Source of the DNA: Heteronotia binoei
Lineage: Eukaryota
NCBI RefSeq assembly: GCF_032191835.1
Contig: NC_083239.1
Span: 33,914,001 to 33,978,000, forward strand
Direction of reading: 5' to 3'
DNA length: 64,000 nucleotides
Part shown: one piece after another, positions 37,662 through 50,834 of the stretch
Layout of the letters: each line of letters starts with the position of its first letter
Numbering within the stretch: position 1 is the stretch's first letter
Notes under the pieces: model-generated
What the model was told of the DNA's origin: nothing
What the model saw: only the letters and a program-made list of their open reading frames with translations
Databases searched by the model: none
Translations under genes and position numbers: made by a program

Positions 37662-38763
37662 GTAACCAAGGACATGAACAGCAAAGGCCACATCGCTGGC
37701 TTAGGTTGCCAGCCTGTCTCTGACCATGCTGTTTTTCAAGAACGTGTATTGTGATTGCATGCTCATGTGGCAGGCAGTAACTCCCTTTCGCATTGCTAAT
37801 GCTTGCTGTTACTGCTGTATATGACAGTGGTTTAGCACGAACAGTGTGCTAGCCACAGACTGTACACATGACGCCGCTCCACTTGACTGAGAGCAGCATC
37901 CCTGGGGAAAGTCATTTCCCTACTCCCCTCGCTCCTTAACATCTAGAAGCATTTGCACCCAACCCAGAAGCTTCGTTTTGGTAACCAGTCCCCTGCAAGC
38001 AGCAGCCAACATCATGGGGAAAACACAAGTACAGAGAGAATCATGGGGGGGAAGTTTGGCAAGAGTGTACACTTTGGGATTATACTAACCAATAAACCTT
38101 CTAATAAATTCCTTTTTTTAATTTAAGGATATTTTATATAACCTTTTCCTATAGAAATTTCTGAAGTGCTTGAATCTACAATATTTCATTCCATAATGAC
38201 AAAATAACATTAGCTCAACGTCACAGAAGTCCATTTAAACATCGAAGCAGTTATTCCTGGAGAAAGTGGACCTCATGCAACTCAATGTGTTACCAAAAAG
38301 TTCTGTTCACCAGTTCTCTTAAGTATACTCGGTCCTATGCTGTTCCACAAAACTATTCTTCCTTAGAGACTTAAAAAGGAGAATTAAAGCATACCTGTTT
38401 TCTCTTGGACATTCAATAGGTAAAAATTTACATTCCTCTCACAACTCCAGCCGGCCTTGGGATATCGTTTCACATGTAGCTTTTTCAAAGATTCCACGAC
38501 CCAAGTTGTACTTCTCATTAACAAACCTCTATGCAACTTCATCTCTTTAATGCAGTCGATCTGTCTGCTGAGGTATCCTTGCTCCAGAGCGTTCTCTCCC
38601 TGCGGCTGTTCCCTTGTTCATGTTCATAGTGATGATTGAATTCACGTCTCCAAGGAAGAATGGCTTTGCAGAGCAGCATAGGACTGTGAGCTGCCCTCTT
38701 CCTACCAGTCACTCTGTGTATTGACAGTGTTGCAGGTCAGTTTCATTTTTGTTGTTTGTACAG

Positions 38764-40191
38764 CTTCCACACTGTATGGACTCAGTGGGACCTCCTTGCG
38801 AGACTTATCGGAAGCTCTTGGGACCATTGCACACATCCTCAACAACAGGATGTCTTCATCAACGACAAATGCATCCCAGAAAGTTGCTGAAATCCCTACT
38901 AGGCCAGTATGGCAGGAGAGAAATGTAAGTCCTCTCCTATTCCTTGTCCTGTGTTTAAAAAATAAACTGGTTCTTCTCTTATTATCTGCTTCCCACTTTT
39001 TGTTCCAGGATTCTCAATCAATCTTTCTCTATACTGAAAGCAGGTAAAAGGGAGGAGGGAGCACAAATGCAAGAATATGGTTTAGTGGGAATTTATATTC
39101 CCTAAACATTTGGCCTTGTTACTTGCTTTGTAAGGTGGAGCCTGCCACTTTCCCCTCACTCCAGAGCAGGTGCCTACACAAAAACAGCTTCAATAGCGCT
39201 TTTAAGATAGGAAACCTGATCTGAGCAGGGTATAGAAGAACACTTTTGTTCTTTGTCTAAATCTACCATCCAGCACTCTCAGAGGACTGCTCAGACTGGA
39301 TGACTTCAGAAGTGAGTGAGGATTGGTATTGGGGATCAGATCAGACCAAAGTCCACCTCCTAAAAGGATTCTGAGATGAGGGAGAGACAGGGGCTAGGAC
39401 TACGGTGTATGTATGAAGCGAATATTGAGGATAAGGGACCCCGGTCTAGGTCATGTGGAATAGCCCTCCTTGAGGAAATGCAGCACAAATAGTACAATTG
39501 CAAACCCCCCTTTCCCCCTTTTTTCTGCAGAGTACTGTTCCTTAAGGAGCATAATGCATCCAGGTGTGTGCTTTTCATCTCTGTTGCATGATAACTGGTT
39601 GGGGCAAGCCCTGAGGGTTTTTTCCCCTTAGGCGTTTGTTTTCAGCTTCATTCTGGACTGAATGGTTTTGTTCCTACTGTGTTCCTATAAATCACTGCCA
39701 GACATCTTGAATGAGAGAGAATGCCACTAGTTCACTTGGCCCTCCTAATCCTAAACTGTTGTGACACCTGTGAGAGGTTCTAACAGTCATCCCTCCAAAC
39801 ACAGAACTTAACGAGTGTTGTTAAACCAGAGTTTCCAAATGTTTGGGTTACAGGGAATGGAAAAATACTTTAACAGCCAAGAACTGTTGAACGGGACAGG
39901 CTTTTGGAAAAGCTTTCAACCTTTTTTTAGTGTGCTTAGAGAGCAATCCTAACCAGGTCTACTCTGAATTTTACTACAGTCCTATTCAATGGGGCTTACT
40001 CCTAGGAAAGTGTCCTTAGGCATGCAGTGTTAGTCTGCACTTGTTAAAGAGAATATATGTGAAACTTCTGCTTGATTCACTAACAGGTTTGTTTGTTTTT
40101 CTTTTTAAAATATATTCTTAGCGTTTCTGAACTGCCGAATGGCCTGAACATATACCAACACCAAGGCAACCAAGAAATTCGACAGCAATAG
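38764..40191 (+). CDS. Myb/SANT-SCAN gene, candidate 3' exons
   Basis: Phase-consistent chain 38764-38924, 39009-39043, 39531-39563, 40122-40191 (stop TAG). The whole model would total 2670 nt (889 aa). The last three exons are tentative. Confidence 0.45.
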
Positions 40192-41584
40192 TGACAGCAT
40201 TAGGATGAAGGCCTCAATTTTAGCAACAACAGTGCCCTCAGCTCCTGTTCTGTGACTGACCTTGCTAGACTCTTTCTCCCCCTCCCCTCCTTCGAACATC
40301 ATGTATGTTGCTCAGGCTGCAGCAAGACTTAGAAGCTCCAGAGACGATGCTCTTTGCCTGCAGTGGTGCTGATGCTGACTGTCATGATTTTGTTTGCCTT
40401 TTAAATGTTAAACTAGGGTTTATTTGTGTTTGTTTTTTATACAGTAGTAGCTGTTTCTTCCCTCTCCTGCTCAGACCTCAAAATAAAGCAACTAGGAACC
40501 AGTTTTTGCTTTTTTACTTCTCTCTGTGGGCAATAAATCCCATCCATGTTTGAGGCAATGGGGCTGTGGTATCAAAATATAATAATTTTGCAGGAAAAAA
40601 GGCACACTTTGCCTCTGGAAGGAATCTTGGGCTAGACAGCTGAAAAGATTTAAGTGGTATGGCCTGGTTTTATAGCAAACAAAAGAGTGGATATTTTCTA
40701 ATTGAATCCTGTTATTTCTCAGTCACTCAAGCAGAAGACTTTTTCCCATATAGATTCTGTGATTCCTGCCATCAGCCTCTTAATTCTTCTCTAAATAAGA
40801 TCTGTTGTTATTCTTGAACACAGTGCTTGATATGATAAGTAAGAACATTTGTTGAGAGTGGGTTGGATTTGGTCAGCTTGCCCATACAATTCCACCCAAT
40901 TTCCCCTTTACCAGAGCCCCTATCCCATATTACTTCTGTCCTCCATGCATGTCCTGTAATCTCCAGCATAGCCTTTTGGGTGCAAAGCAAACTCTCTCCT
41001 TTTTTCAGCAGCAGAAAAGATGGCTGGATCCAACCTAGTATTCTATGACCTGAACTTCTGAAATTGCATTATATCCCATCAGACCATTAATCTGTTAAGT
41101 ACTGTTTTCTCTGGCTCAGCCATAAAAATCTTACATCTTACATATTATTTATGAATCCATTTTTATTTCAGTCTTCCTATTAAGAGATCAAAGCAGCATA
41201 GATGGTTGTGCAAGTTTTTCTCCTCACAACAACCTTGTGAAGCAGGTTAGACTAGGAGCTGGGGAGCCAAGATTACTCAGTAAGCTTCGTAGCTGTGTGG
41301 GTACTCTGAACACATAACCCTTGATCAAAGTCAACCAAGCTGTTTCTTTTCTCTTGTTTTATTTTTACTTCATTTATACCCCACCCTACCTATCACCCCA
41401 ATAATAAAACAAAGCAGCTTACATTGCTTCCCCCCTCCATTTTATACTCACAACAACCCTGTGACGTAGATAATGCGGATTGTGTGACTAGCTCAAGGTT
41501 ACCCTGAAAGCTTTGTAGCAGAGTGGAGATTTGAACATAGGTATCCCAGATCCTAATCTAACACTCTAATCACTGCACCACATT

Positions 41585-41702
41585 GGCTGTGATCACACAT
41601 GCTAAATAATGCACTTTCCAACTGGATTCTCCTGTGTGAACTGGCAAAATCCAGTTGAAAAGTGCATTGAAAGTGCATTATTCAGTGTGTGTGATCTCAG
41701 CC
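41585..41702. mobile_element. Short palindromic MITE (ggctgtgatcacac..gtgtgatctcagcc)
   Basis: Inverted termini extend about 30 nt inwards; superfamily not determined. Confidence 0.55.
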
Positions 41703-43099
41703 ATACAGCCTTCAAATCTAGCTTCCAACACGGGAATAATTTAGTTTAGTTTTATTTACGATTTATATCCCGCCCTTCCCACCAAGGTGGCTCAGCCATG
41801 AGCCCCTTAAGGAGGGGGAAAGTATGGGGTATGAATGTTTTATTGATAAATATGGAATACTGTAACTAAAGTTCACTGTGCCAACACATAAAAACTAGCT
41901 GTAATGTGTTACCAGCAACACTTCTAACATCTCACTTCCAAAACTTGGCATAAGCAATACTATCACAGGCTAGGGCTGGCCACCTGACTAGAATCACAGA
42001 GTTGGAAGGGGCCATACAGACCATCTAGTCCAACCCCCTGTTCAGCACATCCAGCCACTGCTTGTGACAGTGGGTTGGGTTTTGTCTTTCCTGGTGAATT
42101 GATCTGTCAAATATTGGTCACCTATATTAAGAGAATTACCATGATTAAAGTACCTTTCTAACAAATCATCTAATGTGATATGCTAATCATGAAAACTAAT
42201 TGTCATGAAATAATAAGTAACTTTTAAAAACCCAAGAACTGCTTATATAAAAGGTCACAGTTAAAGTAATCTAGTATACTGTGTTCTGTCAATTATGAGA
42301 TTAGGGAAGAGTTCAAATACTCTCCTTTGGGCCTTTGGGCAAATTGCTATCTCAAACTTGGCTGCAAATCTGTAAAATGGAAATTATAGTGTTTATTGCC
42401 GTCATAAAGCAAACACTTTAAATAATTCAGTTCCAAAAACAAATCTTAGACCTGGAAGGTGTGAAATACTAAAGAAAATGGATCCTATTAGAATATGTGT
42501 AGGTCATTTTGTAGAAACAGGTGGCAGAGCTCATTCAGGGATTGTTATGCAGCTGCACCTACTATTCAATGGACAAGGTAGGTAGGTGGGGAGGAGGAGG
42601 GGGAACCCTCAGAAAGGTTCAGGAGCTGTGCTCCCGTGAGCTCCTGCTGAATTCAAGGCCTGGATATGTATAATGCATTTAGATCACCCATCGATTTAAC
42701 ACTTTTGAAGACTTGACTGTTGAGGTTAGCTACCATAAAACGAAGCAAATTTCACTTCATGCAAAGCCACCAAGGGTAGGTGGGTGGGGGAGCTTGGAAA
42801 CAAAGTTTAGGGTGCAAGAATCCCTCGAGTATCCCATGGAATTGAGCAATGCGTGGAATTTACTTTCATATGATATCTGGATTGGGGCTGAAGGAGGAAT
42901 GTGGGGGTGGGCAGTGTTCTGGGCTTTTTGCACTCCTGCTTGCTCTGTCGCATCTAAGATTCTGGAAAACCGAAATGATCAAACCGACAAAAAAGATGGG
43001 GAGGGAGGTTGTTCACTGACTGCAAAGCTGGGGAGCCGGGTTTTTTATAAGCGTCTATGCAGTACGCCGCCTGCACATTTTCTCTTCTATCTCAGCTAT

Positions 43100-43400
43100 G
43101 TATTGGAGATTTAAAAAAAAAAAATCCGGACAGCGAGCTCGTTTAACCGAGCCGCGCGGCAGCCGCCTACATTTTCTCGCAGATGCCTTTAACCAACTCT
43201 CGCTCCGAATGCCAAAGATGCCACGACGCAGAAGGGCGCCATTCTGCTCCCATAGATCACAAGACAACCAATGGAGGCTTACACTGTATACCGGAAGTGG
43301 ATTCTTTGCAAAAAAACATTGATTAGCTCCTTCCCGGAAGTGAGGTTGGGAGGCTCAGTCGCAGCTTGGCCTGGAAGCAGGTAGGTGCTAGGAGGGGGTT
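43100..43400 (+). promoter_or_regulatory. CpG island promoter and non-coding first exon of the SCAN-only gene
   Basis: CpG-rich from 43100 to 43800; CCAAT near 43267; CCGGAAGT ETS motifs near 43291 and 43334; donor CAG|GTAGGT at 43380/43381; candidate acceptor near 45104. Confidence 0.65.
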
Positions 43401-45136
43401 TTGCTCGGCTTCTCCCTTTTGTTAGGCTTTTCTCATGCAGGGAGAAGGAGCGGGCTGGGCTGAGATTCGGGCTCGGTTTGCAGCATTCGGGGCCGTTTCC
43501 ACGCAGCGGGGTCTGCACTGGTTCGAGCTAGCAAAGGGGGAAAGAGCAGCTTGCTTTTCGGGTGTACCCGACGGGCCTCGATGCAGTTGCAGATCCCGGT
43601 CTGGAAGGTGGCGGCGGAGCGAACCGCAGAAACTTGCATTCCGGCCCCGCCCGCAGCCGCCTTCTGAGCCGTGCAATAAAAAAGGCGAGAGGGGAAACAA
43701 AAGGGGGGAGAGAGGAAGGAAGGGGCCTTTTCTTTTCCGCCTGAGCCAGAATCACTCGAAGGGAGGCTTCGTTTTAAGAACGCATTCCTTGGGAATTAAA
43801 GGTGGGAGACCCATTTTTTGTTTTGTTTTTTGCAAGACTCGCTACAGGGGAAAACATACGATGAAGTTGCTCAGGCTTCTTTTATTGTTTAGAGGACACG
43901 CGGGAGAAGGAATAACTCGTTTGCTTTGTTATAAAGCCCTTGCAAACAGAAGGGGCGTTGAAAGATGGTGAATGGTGATGCGCACGTTTTAAATGTGTTC
44001 TCCGAAACTGGCAAAGGGTTAGCTGTGCATCCCGGGATCGTCTGCACTTGCAAAAAATGAGTTTCGCAATGGCGGCTTTGTTGTGAATTTTTTTGCACGG
44101 AAGCCTTACGCTGGGGTCTACAAATGCACGACCTTTTCTTATTAGAAATCATTGTCGGGGGAAACAGCATGCAGGGAAAAGAAGCTTGGCAATTTTAGCA
44201 GTGGGTATATAAACAATAAAGGTCTGGTAGTTTAAATGGTTATTTGCATCCTTAGTGTTTGTAAAGTAAGAGTTGCATTCTTATTACAGATCCCGGCAAT
44301 CTGAAGCTGTTAAGGGTGCAGCTACTCAGGAGTAAGTCCCATTGGGCTCACTGGGACTTACCGAAGTCATTAGGTGATAGATTGATGCAGGACAAAGCTA
44401 AAGAGGAATTAACCAATGAAAATCACTCCCCTGGGATTTATTTATTTTACTTGCTTTCTGCCTTGCCTTTTTCCGGAGTGGGGACCCAAAGCAGATTAGA
44501 GACACTGCCCTCTCCTTTTTCATTTTATTCTCAGAACAACCCTTTGAGAAATAGTTTAGGCAAGAGAATGTGACTGACTCAAGGTCACGCAGCTAGCTGC
44601 CACAGGAGAGCAGGGATTCAAACATGGTTTTTCAAAGTCCCTGGTTCAACCCTTTAACTCAGGTGTCGCCAAACTGTGGCTTGGGTGCCATATGTGGCTC
44701 TTTCACACATATTGTAAGCCCCCATCGCCCAGTCTGCCAGCTTAGAAAAGGCATTTCTCTCAGCCAGCCAATGCATTTAAAGTTAAACTTGCTTTCTTTC
44801 CACCTCTCCCTCCCTACTCCAAGCATCTGAAGTTCATTCTAGGTGGCTCTTGCGTTAAGGAAGTTTGGCCACCCCTGCACTATGGGAATGCAAAATCCAG
44901 CACCTAGAAAACGATGAGGGCAGATCCTCTGATCTGGAGGGAATGTTTTTATTTGGGGAAACTTTCGATCTAAACTGCGCGCATATCTAACAAAAAGTTC
45001 TGTGCCAAAGTGTGGCTTGAACAGGCATTCTTTTTTTCTCTCCCCCATTGCATAGTGTTTTATAGGAAAGAAAATTAGACTTTGCTCCCCACATCTCAAA
45101 TCAGACAAGCGTCAACAAACGGCCTTGCCTTGAAGA

Positions 45137-45985
45137 ATGGACACAAAGGTCCAAGAGCCGAGCCTGGAGACTTCTCATGCCGACCCAGCGGAGGAGAGGA
45201 ATCTGGCCAGCGGCAGCAGAGCCGGGCATCAAGATTTGGAGAGAGATGAGCCCAACGCAGCTGGCGACTGTGCAGAAAGCGGAGGAGCCGAGCGTTCAGA
45301 GATGCCGCCGCAACCTGCTGATCAGCGCCCGGCTCCAGCGAGTTTGCAAGTGAAACGGGAAGAAGACTCAAAGACCGAGGCACCCTCGACGTCCTCTTCG
45401 GCTGAGGTCGTCACACCAGCTCCCATGCCCTCCGTAGCAGAAGGGAAGGGATCAAAGAGGATGATGGAGGATGATACTGACGTCTTTAAGGAGATGCCTG
45501 ACGTCTGCCAAGATGCTCGGGAGCCAGGGCGTGCGATGCTTCTGCCTGACCTCTTTGGGGACGCCCAGCATGCTCACGGCAGCCTGGAGGCCGGCAGGCC
45601 TGGGGGCTGCGGCAAAGTGGAGCAGGCCATCCCGTGCCTTTCCAACATGGGCGTGGAGAACCAGCGGAAGCGCTTCCGGAGCTTTGCGTACAAAGAGACT
45701 GAAGGCCCCCAGGTGGCGTATGAACGGCTGCAGGAGCTCTTGTTCCAGTGGCTCCAGCCGGAGGCCCGGAGCAAGGAGGAGATCGTGGAGCAGCTGGTTC
45801 TCGAGCAGTTCCTGAACCTGCTGCCCGACGACGTGCAGCGCTGGGTTCGGGAGCGCCACCCGGAAAACGGGGACGAGGCTGTGGCCCTGGCGGAAGACTA
45901 CCAGTTCCTGCACCCCGAGCCCGGGAGGCGGCCCTACCCCGAGAGGGCAAGGCAGAGGGCTTCGGCGAGAAGTTGGCTCCGCTGA
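45137..45985 (+). CDS. SCAN-only protein (SCAND1-like architecture), 282 aa
   Basis: Single ORF with an acidic/Pro-rich N-terminus containing VKREE and a C-terminal SCAN ([60 protein letters not shown]), then TGA. Confidence 0.85.
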   Translation: MDTKVQEPSLETSHADPAEERNLASGSRAGHQDLERDEPNAAGDCAESGGAERSEMPPQPADQRPAPASLQVKREEDSKTEAPSTSSSAEVVTPAPMPSVAEGKGSKRMMEDDTDVFKEMPDVCQDAREPGRAMLLPDLFGDAQHAHGSLEAGRPGGCGKVEQAIPCLSNMGVENQRKRFRSFAYKETEGPQVAYERLQELLFQWLQPEARSKEEIVEQLVLEQFLNLLPDDVQRWVRERHPENGDEAVALAEDYQFLHPEPGRRPYPERARQRASARSWLR

Positions 45986-48900
45986 ATCTCTCACGAGTGG
46001 ACGACCAGGACTGGTTATCAGTAAGTAGCAGAAGGGAGCGTTGGATCACTCTAGCGCAGTTCACAAGCTACAGTGCATAGTGTTCTTGAGAGCCAGTTTG
46101 GTGTAGTGGTTAAGTGTGCAGACTCTTATCTGGGAGAACTGGGTTTGATTCCCCACTCCTCCACTTGCATCTGCTGGAATGGCCTTGGGTTAGCCATAGC
46201 TCTCGCAGAGTTGCCCTTGAAAGGACAGTTTCTGGGAGTGCTCTCTCAGCCCCACCCACCTCATAGGGTGTCTGTTGTGGAGGAGGAAGGTAAAGTATAT
46301 TGTAAACCACTCTGAGATTCAGAGTGAAGGGTGGGGTATAAATTCAATATCTTCTTTTAAGCTGAGTTACTGTAAGCTAGCTTACAGTTTTTTACCCTCC
46401 GGCACACACATTTTTTTTGCCTTAGCTCAGGAAAAATGGCACCAGAGCAAGCAAATATATGCGGTAGCTCACAACTTTAATGCCAATAGCTCATGAAGTA
46501 GAATTTTCTCTCACAAGACTGTACAGCTTAGAAGGGAGTATTGCACACACGTAGAATCTGTGCTGTATACCCTTGATTTTTCTTCATATGTGCATCGGGT
46601 AATTCTCATGTGACATTCAACACACATGTACAGCTCTGTGTGTGATCTGAAACCCACAGATATCCAGATGGAGATCCTGTTTTTGTTTGGAAAGCGAACA
46701 TATTAGCTTTTTCTTACAAACTGATGTATGCCTGTATATTCAAGTTGTCCATGCGTTCACTGTAGTGCAAACAGGGCTTGTATTGCTAAGGAAAGTATGG
46801 GGGGGTCCTATTAGCTATGCTTCAGGGGTTCTTTTTTCTTTCGGTTTCTCATGACTGCTCAACTTCCCTTGCAGACCTGAGAGAATCAAAGACCTAGTTT
46901 ATCTACCATGCCAGAGAGAAATCTAGATTGGCCAGAAGACATGGAAAGCCAGAAACCACTCAACACATGTTTCCCGAGCATGAGAAAGACTTGACTGCTG
47001 GACCCGAAGGAAACCTACACTTCATCTTACATTTGTCAGTCTCTTAAGGGAGGGTGGGGAAGGGGGAGGGTAAATCAAAGCCATGCTTGGTCTTTGCTCC
47101 ATCCAGTGGCACATGAAAAGGCAGGAGCAAGGACCAAGCATGGGGGAAGGGGCTGGATAGCGGGGGTGAAAAGATGAATGTACAGTGTATGTGCATATTC
47201 GCCAATGAGGTGAAAAGGGTAATTTTTGGAAGCAACAAGGATCATCGAGACTAAGATTGATCTCTCAGGCACCCAAACCAGATTTTTCAGGCCCTTCTGC
47301 AAGCTTATTTTCTGTCTCTTCCCTGACCTCAGATACGGAAGCTCCCATCATCCAGCCCGTTAGCTGGCATGTGACAGCCAGGATGATGTCAGCCTCTGCA
47401 TTCCCCCCCTCCCCTTTCCTTGTTTCCAGGGGATAGAAAGAGGGTGTGGCCTGTCTTCTCCTTTAGGGGAATGGGGAAATAGATGTATGTTACAAGAGAA
47501 GCCCTGGCAAGTTAGAAGGTGTGCTCTCATCTCCAGATTCTCTGGGAGGAAAGGCAGCTGTGTGCTCTGTGACCACCGCAAAAGGTCTTGCCTTGGCTTT
47601 ATAACAGAAATCAACTTGGGCTAGCTTTGTACACAGTAGCTGCAGCACAATGGTTGCTGAATCCCATCTCACACAGGTCCTGTTCAGCTTACTGTAGCCC
47701 AGGGGTAGAATTCTAGCAGGAGCTCTTTTGCATATTAGGTCACACACTCCTGACATAGCCAATCCTCCAAGAGCTTACAAGGCTCTTTTAGTAAACTCTT
47801 GGAGGATTGGCTACATCAGGGGGTGTGGCCTAATATACAAAGGAGCTCCTGCTAGAATTCTACCCCTGCAGTAACCCAAACACTTTGTTCCTCGTGTTAT
47901 TCTGCCTGATCTTATGGGCAGTCCTTTATGCTGTCACTTGCTTCCTTGCAACGGCTGGCAGGGAGATTTACCACGTGGTTGGACTAACCCAAGCGGGAAA
48001 CCAGCTCCACAATACAAGGTTTCACAAGCCAGGTCACAGCTGCGGTGCACAAAGCCATCCCAAGAGTAACCTCTAGCTAGCCCTAAGGCTTCTGTTCAGG
48101 CCCAGGTTTGAAAGCCCACCCAGCACTTCCACCACAAGCTACCATTTTTCTCATTGTTAATTGCCACAAATTGCGCAACTTGCTGACATTGTGAAGGAGA
48201 TCTGGAGCCCAAAGGTCTAATTGGTGAGGTCAAATCACTTGACTGCCAAACCCTTTCATTGGTCTGGATATGGGGATGTCTTTTAGATATTTTTTTTGCC
48301 TTTCTGAGCAGCCACCCAGGAAGCAAAAAGAAACCTCCCTCCCCCCCAGCTACAGCCTTTAAATAGAAGCTGTGTTTCCACATTTGTGGGTACTAAGTTT
48401 TTGACTCTTTTCAAATGTCCTGATGATGACATAGCTTAAGCTTGATATCAGCTGGTTGGATTTTTAGCTCTGCTTTCTTTGTGTAAATTTCCAGTGTGCG
48501 TATGTGTGTATCTGTTCACTATATAGAATTAAAGGAGCTTCTTCCCACCCCACATATGCAGTTGTTGCCTAAATTAGAGATCCCCCTAATTACTTGGGGG
48601 AAATTAGCTTAATGGAGACAAGCAAGAGGGGGTGATGGGGATCTCCACCAATGTATGCCGGGATTTTCCCTCAAAATAAACCAGTTAGATGTTCAATTGG
48701 AAGTTGTTTTCTTGAAAAATAACAAAAGGGCATACACAAAACAGAACACATCAACTGAGAAGAAATTTAGGGTGGAGCAAGGGAGATTTTTGAGGTAATA
48801 TTTACCAGTCTAAAGGAGGTCCATGGAGGCAGTGAAACAACCAGCATTTCATGGAGAAGAGAAGACCTGGATGTGATTGGGAAGTCTGAGATTTGACATC

Positions 48901-49347
48901 AAGAACACACCTGTGTGTTCCCTGCAGCAGTCTGATGTGTCTGCCCCCAAACTGATTTGATGGTTTTTCATGAGAAACAAAGATCTTGGGAGTGTTCACC
49001 TGAGTTGGGCTTATGATGCTAATGTTCCTTGATGATCTGCTAAGTACCAGGCAGGGAAGGGCTATCAGGATTTGTGAATAGTGTTAAGTATTGCCTCAAG
49101 GGGGGGAATGGCCAAGTGGGAGGTGAGACTGGGTCTAGAGGAGATCAATTAAAGGTGAGAAGATTGCTTTCTCAGGCTCATTGTCCTCAACTATGCATCT
49201 CCTTAGGGTGAGGAGGCAGTGCTAACTGACCAGCTGTTCTGGCTCACCTTCCAAAATGGATGTCTAGGCTCTTGCTGACATCCATTTTCTGTTTCAGGTC
49301 ATTTCCATTTTGTTTTCATTTTTAGGCCATTGAGGTTTCATTTTCGA

Positions 49348-49623
49348 CTTCTGCTACACCTGTTTCAAAGCCTTTATCCACAAGGGATATTCCACAAAAT
49401 TTACCAATAGTCAATATCACAAATACTTAAACCGCATTCATAAGGAACACACAGTCTCCAAAACGAACTCTCAGTTACAACTCATGTAATTGAGCATGAG
49501 CCATAATTGAGAGATCGTTTGGAGACTGTATGAATGCAGTTTAAGTATTTGTGATATTGACTATTGGTAAATTTTGTGGAATATCCATTGTTGATAAAGG
49601 CTTTAAAGCAGGTGTAGCAGAAG
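49348..49623. repeat. 276-bp fold-back (long inverted repeat)
   Basis: Arms of about 125-135 nt are highly similar reverse complements, including the identical stretch ggatattccacaaaatttaccaatagtcaatatcacaaatacttaaac; loop near 49478-49503. Confidence 0.8.
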
Positions 49624-50280
49624 ACAAACCTGTCCAGGGAATTTCAAGGCGTTTTTGCTCTTCACATGCTGAAGGAATTATTGGTATCCAGAAGAAGACA
49701 TCCTCATTGAATCATTCAATACGAGACACAGACATTTTTCATATGTACTTTTATTAGGGACTTGGTGTGTTGACGTTTGAAGAATTGCACATGTATACCC
49801 TGCCCTTCTCTCTGAATCAGACTCAGAGCAGCTTACAATCTCCTTTATCTTCCTTCCCCGCAACAGACACCCTGTGAAGTGGGTGGGGCTGCGGGGGCTC
49901 TCACAGCAGCTGCCCTTTCAAGGACAACCTCTGCCAGAGCTATGGCTGACCCAAGGCCATTCCAGCAGGTGCAAGTGGAGGAGTGGGGAATCAAACCCGG
50001 TTCTCCCAGATAAGAGTTCACACACTTAATCACTACACCAAACTCTTGCAATATATTAGTTTTTTGGTCACTATAACGGGGTTGTGTTTGTGTGTCCCAC
50101 CTGGAGCCTGGCAACCTACAGCAACCCTGTGATTTAATGACCTCCCAAATGTCCTGTTAACAGTCTTGCAAACAGGGCCATGGCTTCCTTGATTGAGTTG
50201 CATGAACACAAGAAACTGCCTTATACTGGATCAGTCTATCAAAGGATTGTCTACTCAAGACTGGCAATGGCTCTCTAGGG

Positions 50281-50676
50281 CAGGGGTGTCAAACATGCGG
50301 CCCGGGAAGGGCTCCTATCAGACCCCTGAGCAGCTCACTGTCATCTGCTTCCTTCTCCCTCTCTCTTGCTTCCTTCTCCATCGCAGCTTGCCTTGCCAGG
50401 TTTGCTCAATAGCGCAACAGCTATAGAGCAAAGCCTCGATTTTCTCTATTGACCAAGGCGCCTCCCTTGCTTTGCCAGGCTCTCTCAATAGCACAGCTTC
50501 AGTTTAAGTTTTTTCTTTTTTAAAATTGTGTTTGTCTGTGTCCTTTATGAAGTTTATATCTTTACTACCTAATCTTAAATAGGTACACAGATGGCCTGGC
50601 CCGACATGGCCCGGCCTGACGAGGTGTCATTAATGTCAGATCCGGCCCCTGATAACAAATGAGTTTGACACCCCTG
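50281..50676. mobile_element. hAT MITE (caggggtgtcaaac family)
   Basis: TIRs and perfect 8-bp TSD ctctaggg. Same family at 55925-56382 (TSD 7/8). Confidence 0.88.
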
Positions 50677-50834
50677 CTCTAGGGTCTCTGGCAGAGGTCT
50701 TTCCCACCCCCTACTGTTGGATCTTTTTAACTGGAGATTGAACCTGGGACTTTCTGCATGCCAAGCAGATGCTCTACCAGTGAGCCACGGCTCCTCAGTC
50801 AATCCATCTCATTCTGGGTCTCCTTTTCCTAGTG

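Noticed and set aside
38925-39008. Stop-free 84-nt intron that would add a hydrophobic 28-aa stretch if retained
   Set aside because: The hydrophobicity is explained by the polypyrimidine tract, and there is no evidence of retention.
40863-41048. ORF checked as a possible BEN or other terminal domain
   Set aside because: No convincing motif or splice context.
45452-46080. Long overlapping ORFs (180, 192, 114 and 110 aa) on both strands
   Set aside because: Shadow ORFs of the GC-rich SCAN exon with no domain signal.
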